Shown piece after piece: positions 54,740 to 63,936 of a DNA stretch of 63,936 nt. This DNA comes from Eledone cirrhosa (taxonomy: Eukaryota). The position numbers were made by a program, and so were the translations under genes. Location of the stretch: positions 1 through 63,936 of the forward strand of contig CAXHJY010001282.1 of the NCBI GenBank assembly GCA_964016885.1. Direction: 5' to 3'. How positions within the stretch are numbered: the first letter of the stretch is position 1; each line of letters opens with the position of its first letter. The notes below the pieces were generated by a model, which had not been told where the DNA came from, searched no databases, and saw only the letters and a list, made by a program, of their open reading frames with translations.

Positions 54740-54980
54740 GTATGCATGCTACTGTACGTCTGTATACATATATGTATGTACGTATACATACATACTTACA
54801 TTTAAGTAAGTGCCATACTAAGAGTGAGAAATGAAATTTCGTTTTCATTTTTTTCAACTTATCGTTTTCGGTATGCCTGACCGATTTAACTCACTCAATA
54901 TGCAAATTGGGCTGCTCAGCCGTTAATTTTCATGAGGAAAGTATATACTTTCGAACGTTCAACTATCTGGCAGATGGGTA

Positions 54981-55025
54981 AACGGTGCTGATGATAGCTA
55001 ACAAGCTTGAAACTAGTACATCGTT
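54981..55025 (+). ncRNA. Minimal HHR (family M, copy 2)
   Basis: As copy 1, with GAAA CTAG TA. Confidence 0.82.
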
Positions 55026-55200
55026 CCTGTGTCAGTGTTGAACAAAAAGGTGACGTGGTTGCCTTAACACCGTATGGCATAAATTCAGGCTGTTCGCTTT
55101 GTTGACAAACAAACGAACAAAGCTGCGTTATAATAAACGTCGGCTAAACTGATGCGTGCATATATGTATGTGTACCTGTGTGCATATATGTATATATATG

Positions 55201-55231
<31 letters not shown>

Positions 55232-55472
55232 GTATGCATGCTACTGTACGTCTGTATACATATATGTATGTACGTATACATACATACTTACATTTAAGTA
55301 AGTGCCATACTAAGAGTGAGAAATGAAATTTCATTTTCATTTTTTTCAACTTATCGTTTTCGGTATGCCTAACCGATTTAACTCACTCAATATGCAAATT
55401 AGGCTGCTCAGCCGTTAATTTTCATAAGGAAAGTATATACTTTCGAACGTTCAACTATCTGGCAGATGGGTA

Positions 55473-55517
55473 AACGGTGCTGATGATAGCTAACAAGCTT
55501 GAAACTAGTACATCGTT
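55473..55517 (+). ncRNA. Minimal HHR (family M, copy 3)
   Basis: As copy 1, with GAAA CTAG TA. Confidence 0.82.
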
Positions 55518-55686
55518 CCTGTGTCAGTGTTGAACAAAAAGGTGACGTGGTTGCCTTAACACCGTATGGCATAAATTCAGGCTGTTCGCTTTGTTGACAA
55601 ACAAACGAACAAAGCTGCGTTATAATAAACGTCGGCTAAACTGATGCGTGCATATATGTATGTGTACCTGTGTGCATATATGTATA

Positions 55687-55731
<45 letters not shown>

Positions 55732-55972
55732 GTATGCATGCTACTGTACGTCTGTATACATATATGTATGTACGTATACATACATACTTACATTTAAGTA
55801 AGTACCATACTAAGAGTGAGAAATGAAATTTCGTTTTCATTTTTTTCAACTTATCGTTTTCGGTATGCCTGACCGATTTAACGCACTCAATATGCAAATT
55901 AGGCTGCTCAGCCGTTAATTTTCATAAGGAAAGTATATACTTTCGAACGTTCAACTATCTGGCAGATGGGTA

Positions 55973-56017
55973 AACGGTGCTGATGATAGCTAACAAGCTT
56001 GAAATTAGTACATCGTT
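55973..56017 (+). ncRNA. Minimal HHR (family M, copy 4)
   Basis: As copy 1, with GAAA TTAG TA. Confidence 0.78.
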
Positions 56018-56186
56018 CCTGTGTCAGTGTTGAACAAAAAGGTGACGTGGTTGCCTTAACACCGTATGGCATAAATTCAGGCTGTTCGCTTTGTTGACAA
56101 ACAAACGAACAAAGCTGCGTTATAATAAACGTCGGCTAAACTGATGCGTGCATATATGTATGTGTACCTGTGTGCATATATGTATA

Positions 56187-56257
<71 letters not shown>

Positions 56258-56378
56258 CTATGCATGCTACTGTACGTCTGTATACATATATGTATGTACG
56301 TATACATACATACTTACATTTAAGTAAGTGCCATACTAAGAGTGAGAAATGAAATTTCGTTTTCATTTTTTTCAACTT

Positions 56379-56423
<45 letters not shown>

Positions 56424-56514
56424 ATATATATATATATATACATATATACATATATATATATACATACATATATATATATATATACATGTATACATATATA
56501 CATATTTTGAAGTG

Positions 56515-56615
56515 AGTTTGAATTATTTTTCCTAAATCTTACGTTAACTACTTTTCCCATCTTGACGTTATAGTCGCATATATGTTATAGAATGCTGTTA
56601 GCTTCTCGCTAAAAC
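56515..56615. repeat. Short dispersed repeat, inverted homolog of 223-322
   Basis: cccatcttgacgttatagtcgcatatatgttatagaatgc matches the reverse complement of 262-302. Confidence 0.8.
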
Positions 56616-56631
56616 AATCTCTATACCTCTC

Positions 56632-56692
<61 letters not shown>

Positions 56693-56789
56693 TTACATAT
56701 ATATATACATACACATACATATACGTGTTTTGCAACCGGTCACTTTGTGGCTCAATGAAAAATTAATAAATTAAACAATCAGAGCTATA

Positions 56790-57295
56790 TATCATAAAAC
56801 ATGTCTATAGAATCACAAGATAAAATATATACTATTTCCTCTCCCAATTAGCATAATTAACTATATAAAAAACCGAATAGACCAGGCTATACGAATGAGG
56901 CTTCTATGAAGGAATCTCCGACAAATAACCCAAACTAGCGCTTCGCGTCGGCCGTAGTGGAATATTTATCGGATATTTCGACAGCTTAATCGCTTAGATA
57001 CAGTCAACTAAGCAGAATTAGGTTTAAAATAAACTAGGAGAAAACAGAATACATTCAAATACCTCTACCATGGTTTCGTCCGTGTTTTGAGTTTTCCAAT
57101 AATTATGTAATAATTATATAAACTCGAGCGCCGGATTCTTCAGGAAGCTCGCTCATATCTAGAGATTAAATTTTCCAAAACGATCGCGCCAAGAATTCAT
57201 TTCAAAATGGCTAAAAATCGTGACGTAGTCGCTTAGTCGCGGGAGAGGAAATAGTATATATTTTATCTTGTGATTCTATAGACATGTTTTATGAT
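56790..57295 (-). mobile_element. Non-coding element with about 55-bp terminal inverted repeats and an internal HHR
   Basis: 56790-56844 is inverted relative to 57241-57295. Confidence 0.8.
57061..57148 (-). ncRNA. HHR, extended stem II (family N)
   Basis: gcttc-CTGAAGA-atccg..gagttt..aaactc..cggac-GAAAC CATG GTA-gaggt. Confidence 0.75.
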
Positions 57296-57339
57296 ATATA
57301 TATATATATGTATATATGTATATGTATATATGTATATAA

Positions 57340-57371
<32 letters not shown>

Positions 57372-57442
57372 ATATATATATATATGTATATATGTATATA
57401 TGTATATATGTATATATATGTATATATGTATATATATATATG

Positions 57443-57489
<47 letters not shown>

Positions 57490-57546
57490 ATATATATATA
57501 TGTATATATGTATATATATATATGTATATATATATATGTATATATG

Positions 57547-57629
<83 letters not shown>

Positions 57630-57696
57630 GTATATATGTATATATATATATATGTATATATGTATATATATATATGTATATATATATGTATATATG

Positions 57697-57853
<157 letters not shown>

Positions 57854-58428
57854 CAAAAATATTTTATTAAATAACAGAATAGAGCGATCGTTATACTGTA
57901 ACCACCGCTTGAAATCTACATTTTCATATTACAAACACTACCAGGATTGAACGCCTGTCTCCATCTCCGTTTGATTGTCAAAATACATATTAACATTCTC
58001 TATTAGTCTTAATTCTATCAACTCTTCTATTCTTTACCATTTAATATAAACTGCCATAGATAAAATGAGATTTCTTAATTCAATTCCCTAATGCATATAA
58101 CAGCAGACTACCAGCATTGTTGTTATTCAGTAGCAGTGAAAACCCCCTCTTCGTTAATTGACACTTTATATTTATTAATACTACTATACCAAACGACCAG
58201 CCCTGTCCATTGTTCAATTGGTCAAGTATAGATTAAAATAGGCACTCCCAAAAATTCTTACTTAGATAAAATAAACCATATACTCATTGTATTCTCATTA
58301 GAAACCTTTTAGATACATGTTTACAAGTAAATTGAATTGCCATCTGTCATATACTATCCCCTCTCCTCTTCCTTTCTTACAACTAATATAAATACTTCAA
58401 TTTTTCTGATTTTTTCCAATGTATCCAA

Positions 58429-58546
58429 TATCTCTGAAGAAGTGACAACTGATTATACATTTGCTATCGAATACTTGCTAACATTATATGATTACGCAAG
58501 CAGCGATACATAGGTATTCCGTCTGTTACAGAAACATATGTCAATA
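58429..58546 (+). ncRNA. HHR with 90-nt stem II (family O) in an orphan insert (about 57852-58597)
   Basis: CTGAAGA-a gtgaca..tatcg..cttgc..gcaag..cgata..tgttac a-GAAAC ATAT GTC; stem I imperfect. Confidence 0.65.
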
Positions 58547-58645
58547 CCTAATAAATTCCTTTATAAAAGCACTTTCATTTTATATTCATCTTTTCTATAT
58601 ATGTGTATATATATATATGTATATATATATATGTGTATATATATG

Positions 58646-58676
<31 letters not shown>

Positions 58677-58799
58677 GTGTATATATATGTATATATATAT
58701 GTGTATATATATATATGTATATATATATATGTGTATATATATGTATATATATATGTGTATATATATATGTATATATATATAGGTATATACATATATGTG

Positions 58800-58910
<111 letters not shown>

Positions 58911-58917
58911 GTATATA

Positions 58918-58970
<53 letters not shown>

Positions 58971-59017
58971 GAATATATATATATACATGAATATATATAT
59001 ATATGTATATATAAATG

Positions 59018-59048
<31 letters not shown>

Positions 59049-59052
59049 GTAT

Positions 59053-59112
59053 AGAACGGGAAAGAACGAATAATACGTCATTAATGACGTATTATTCGTT
59101 CTTTCCCGTTCT
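59053..59112. repeat. Perfect 60-bp palindrome at the edge of a short insert
   Basis: agaacgggaaagaacgaataatacgtcatt|aatgacgtattattcgttctttcccgttct. Confidence 0.92.
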
Positions 59113-59304
59113 TTGCCAGCGAACGTTTCCACGAACCAAAGTATCGTCTTCCTGTCTTCTTCGGTTGCAACGTTTTTTGAAATTGAAATATCCAGCTCTG
59201 CGTTTACAGATTGACTTTGATAGTTTCAGAAGATCCCGTTAAGGGTGAAAGCAGCGATTTTTTGCTTAAACTTTAATCTGTTATTTTAATAAATATATAT
59301 ATAC

Positions 59305-59392
<88 letters not shown>

Positions 59393-59409
59393 ATATATAT
59401 ATATATGTA

Positions 59410-60400
59410 TAATGAAAAATTGAACAGGGACAGAACAGAGAGGCAGTACGACAAATGTTTATTAAATTCACGCTCAGGAGAGTGGGGGGTAGGTGGGGGA
59501 CGACGTTTCGGGCATAAGCCCTTCTTCAGGTGAGAGTTCAAAAGGTGTGTAGGGGAGTGGTGGAGAGATATATAGCGAAAGGAAACGGTGCGAATGAAAA
59601 ATTAACAAATAAAGACAAAAATATAATAAATAATAAATAAAAATAAAGCATGATCAAAATACAAGGAATGAGAAAATTTAAAAATAAAGGCATGATCAAA
59701 ATAAACTGAAATTAAAAGGGGGGTAAACAGGTGGTGGAAGGGTGTGGGGTGAGTAGAGGTGGTGGCGGGTGGAGTGGGGAGAGGGAGACGGGGTGTCCGA
59801 GCGGGGAGGGCTGAAGGTGGTGTGTGTGGTTAGGTGTGCGTGTGTGTGGTGTACTGGTGTGTGTGTAGTTTGGTGAAGAGGTGTTAGTGGGTGTTAATAT
59901 ACGGGAGGTGGGGAGGGGTGGAATGCAGGTGTGAGTGGGGGTTAGTGGGGGTAGGGTGTGTAGAGTTGGTGGTGTACGAGGGTGTGTGGGTACGTGTGCG
60001 TGAGGTTGGAGGGTGTTAGTGATGTTAGTTGCGTGGGGGTGGGTGGTGTAAGTGGGTGCGTGTGTGCGTGTGATAAGGAGGGGGAGTAGGAGAAGAGGGG
60101 AGGGAAGGGATGTTAGTATGTTAGTTGGGGAAGGGTGGTCAGATGAGGGGTGGAGTGGAGGTGTTAGTATTGTTAGTGTGGGGTGGGCGGTGAAAAGGAG
60201 GGGTGTGTTAGTGGTGTTAGTGGGGGATAAGTGTGGGGGGAGGGGGGCGGTCGAACGCTAAAGGAATAAGGGTGGGGAGTTCAGGCCGGGGGGAGTGTGG
60301 GTCTGTAAGATGAAGATAGTACGTTGTTCGACCGTAAGGCGATGGGCGGGTGTTCCGTGGCACTGGAGTAGGCCACAGACTGTGAGATAGCGTGCGGAAT
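59410..60400 (-). mobile_element. 3' end of a Neptune/Poseidon-type PLE (EN C-terminus, 3' UTR, HHR-like motif at 59499-59532)
   Basis: RLTVEQRTIFILQTHTPPGLN; CTGAAGA-a gggc ttat gccc-GAAAC GTC GTC with stem I unpaired. Confidence 0.7.
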
Positions 60401-60435
60401 ATACGTATATATATATATATGTGTATATATATATG

Positions 60436-60469
<34 letters not shown>

Positions 60470-60470
<1 letters not shown>

Positions 60471-61071
60471 GAAAAACAAGGGGAGAAGAATACTGCATGG
60501 TTGCACATGGATTACATATTATAAAATTAGTCCCTCATCAGTGATTTTCATCGCATTAAAAATCAGATATCTCAGATTGGTGCGAGCAATAACTAAAATA
60601 AGCTATTGGACAAGTGAAACGCGTAAAGCGAGTGAGACAAGTAAACAACAGAAGGAAAAGCAAACCGAAGGTTGGGTAAACAGCAAGCAATCATGATAGT
60701 TATCCGATCAGCATAAGCTAGGTGAATTTCATGAGCGGTCAGAGAAGCAGACCGTACGCCGTGAATGCGGTGTGAGAAAGAAGGAACCCTACGACTAGCG
60801 AACGGGAGGAAGTGAGAAGGGGAGAAACAGAGAGTGAGTGAGGTCAGTCGAGAGAAAGTGTTAACTGACAGAGGGGACGAAAGAACGTAAGAGAAACAGA
60901 GAGAACGGGGGAGCAGTAAGAGAGAAAGAGAGAAACAAATAATCGCAGTTTAGGTAAATATATATGAAAAACAAGGGGAGAAGAATACTGCATGGTTGCA
61001 CATGGATTACATATTATAAAATTAGTCCCTCATCAGTCATGTGCCAACCATCATTGGTATTTCATCGCATT
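60470..61071. repeat. Partial tandem (about 495-bp unit) related to 9607-10474
   Basis: 60470-60558 repeats at 60965-61071. Confidence 0.75.
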
Positions 61072-61174
61072 ATGTGTATATATGTATATATATATATGTA
61101 TATATATATATGTATATATATATATGTATATATATATATGTGTATATATATATATGTATATATATATATGTGTA

Positions 61175-61271
<97 letters not shown>

Positions 61272-61484
61272 GTGTATATATATGTATATATATATGTATA
61301 TATATATATGTATATATATATGTATATATATATGTATATATATACGTATATATATATATATGTATATATATATGTATATATATGTATATATATATATGTA
61401 TGTATATATATATATATATTTATATATATACATGTGTGTATATATATATGTATATATATATATATATGTATATATATACATGTG

Positions 61485-61517
<33 letters not shown>

Positions 61518-61699
61518 GTCTATATATATATATAATATATATATATATGTGTATATATATGTATATATATATATGTGTATATATATATATATATGTATAT
61601 ATATATGTGTATATATATATGTATATATATACGTATATATGTATATATATATATATATGTATATATATGTATATATATATGTGTATATATGTGTATATA

Positions 61700-61744
<45 letters not shown>

Positions 61745-61779
61745 GTATATATATATATATATATATACATATATATATG

Positions 61780-61832
<53 letters not shown>

Positions 61833-61871
61833 GTATATATATATGTATATATATATATGTATATATATATG

Positions 61872-61902
<31 letters not shown>

Positions 61903-61982
61903 GTATATATATATGTATATATATATATATGTATATATATATATGTTTATATATATATGTATATATATGTATATATATGTAT

Positions 61983-62014
<32 letters not shown>

Positions 62015-62268
62015 GTATATATATGTATGTATATATATGTATATATATATGTATATATATATGTGTATATATATACGTGTATATATATGTATATATATAT
62101 ATGTATATATATATGTTTATATATATGTGTATATATATGTATATATGTATATATATATATGTATATATATATGTGTATATATATATGTGTATATATATAT
62201 GTAATATATATATATGTATATATATGTATATGTATATATATATATGTATATATATATGTATATATATG

Positions 62269-62299
<31 letters not shown>

Positions 62300-62307
62300 G
62301 TATATAT

Positions 62308-62365
<58 letters not shown>

Positions 62366-62389
62366 GTATATATATATATACGTATATAT

Positions 62390-62452
<63 letters not shown>

Positions 62453-62733
62453 TATGTATATATATGTATGTATATATATGTATATATATGTATGTATATA
62501 TATGTATATATATATATATGTATATATATATATGTGTATATATATATGTGTATATATATGTATATATGTATATATATATATGTATATATATATGTGTATA
62601 TATATATGTGTATATATATATGTAATATATATATATGTATATATATGTATATGTATATATATGTATATATATATGTATATATATGTATGTATATATATAT
62701 GTATATATATGTATATATATATGTATATAAATA

Positions 62734-62800
<67 letters not shown>

Positions 62801-62846
62801 GTATATATATATGTATGTATATATATATATGTATATATATACATGT

Positions 62847-62883
<37 letters not shown>

Positions 62884-62889
62884 CCTGTG

Positions 62890-62924
<35 letters not shown>

Positions 62925-62984
62925 GTCTATATATATATATAATATATATATATATATGTGTATATATATGTATATGTATATGTG

Positions 62985-63015
<31 letters not shown>

Positions 63016-63070
63016 GTATATATATATCTGTATATATACATATGTATATATATATATATATGTATATATA
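61072..63070. repeat. About 2-kb (TA)n array interrupted by TATGTA
   Basis: Read directly. Confidence 0.95.
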
Positions 63071-63936
63071 ATGTAGAAGGTGAGTTTTATTGTAGTACAA
63101 TAAAGCAATGCAGATATCGGATAAGAAGCACTCTACAGTTTGTAGGACTGGAGTATACATAATATATAAGATCAAAATATGGTTAAATGAGTTCCATGTA
63201 TTTTATTATGCGCATTTCAAAAACAAATATCATCATGCAATAACATTTGTGTTTTCATCAGATAAAATAGGAGGACATGATATGAATGTTAAAAACACTT
63301 GTGGATAGTGAAGTTTTAAATCAACATATGAAAAGTAGTTTTAGATTGATGTGTGATATTGGGGAAAACATTTTTTTTTAAGGGGGTGGGGTGTTGGAAA
63401 GGATGAAAAAGAGGAGGAGATGAGAGTAAAAAGTGGAGGGGGAGGAGTATAATGAGGAAGGATGAGATAGGAGGAGAGATGGCTGATAGAGAGATAGAGA
63501 TAGCTTTTATAACTGAGAAAAATATATTGTTTTACATAGAGAGGTTGAAAAACCGTTGGAAGATAATGTATGAATTAAAAGAATTTGCAAATTAACGAAG
63601 AGAAAAATAATGTAAAGTTAAGGTTTGTAAATTGAAGGGTTTAATAATATGTGCGATGAAAAGAAATTATTAATATGTATTAAGAATAATATTTAAGGGT
63701 TTAATAATATGTGCGATGGAAAGAAAATGTTGATATGTATTATTAAAAAAAACAGAATTAATGTAAGTAAGGATATATTGTGAGATGAGCATGAGTAAGT
63801 TAGATGAAAGGGAGAAAAAATAATGAATAGAGGATGAATAATCTAACGTCAAAAAAAAAAAATGTTTATGTTTACGAAGGATTTTTCAAGGTGATATAAA
63901 GTAAGAATATAGTGTATTGTGCAATAATTGTTTCTA
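63071..63936 (-). mobile_element. 3' UTR/pseudo-LTR of another PLE 5-family copy, running off the window
   Basis: Homologous to 38372-39420 and to the inverted piece 40860-40930. Confidence 0.85.
63201..63267 (-). ncRNA. HHR (family L)
   Basis: ttttat-CTGATGA-aaacacaaatgttat..atgatatttgttttt-GAAA TGCGCA TA-ataaaa. Confidence 0.78.

Larger units (their letters stand above)
54343..56379 (+). mobile_element. Retrozyme-like non-coding tandem array, about 4 monomers (periods 548, 492 and 500 bp), one HHR each, with 5' inversion at 54343-54391
   Basis: Near-identical monomers differing mainly in the length of an internal (TA)n tract; no credible ORF. Confidence 0.85.

Noticed and set aside
54343-56379. 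CRISPR-like array
   Set aside because: Whole monomers of about 500 bp repeat with no unique spacers; no cas genes; eukaryotic context

Overview
This is non-genic eukaryotic DNA: long (TA)n microsatellite arrays with many retroelements inserted between them. I found no host gene; almost all YI/IY-rich ORFs in the track are microsatellite translations. An animal host, possibly a mollusc/cephalopod, is inferred from repeat content only. The main content is Penelope-like elements (PLEs; RT plus C-terminal GIY-YIG endonuclease) of at least two lineages. Five are YRDD-type, Naiad-like copies, one with an intact 810-aa ORF at 29246-31678 (-). Several others are Neptune/Poseidon-type copies or fragments. 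They show pseudo-LTR direct repeats and 5' fold-back inversions. By eye I count about 30 hammerhead ribozyme (HHR) motifs from about 16 sequence families. Many have palindromic stem III and long stem II extensions (36-116 nt), and one has a compensatory U3:A8 core. Also present are a non-coding retrozyme-like tandem array of about 500-bp HHR monomers (54343-56379), APE-RT LINE fragments, an RTE fragment and tRNA-derived SINEs. One LINE has a Myb/SANT-like plus CCCH ORF1 joined to an AUG-less ORF2 by an HIV-like U UUU UUA -1 slippery site. All calls were read by eye; clade names and ribozyme activity are untested.
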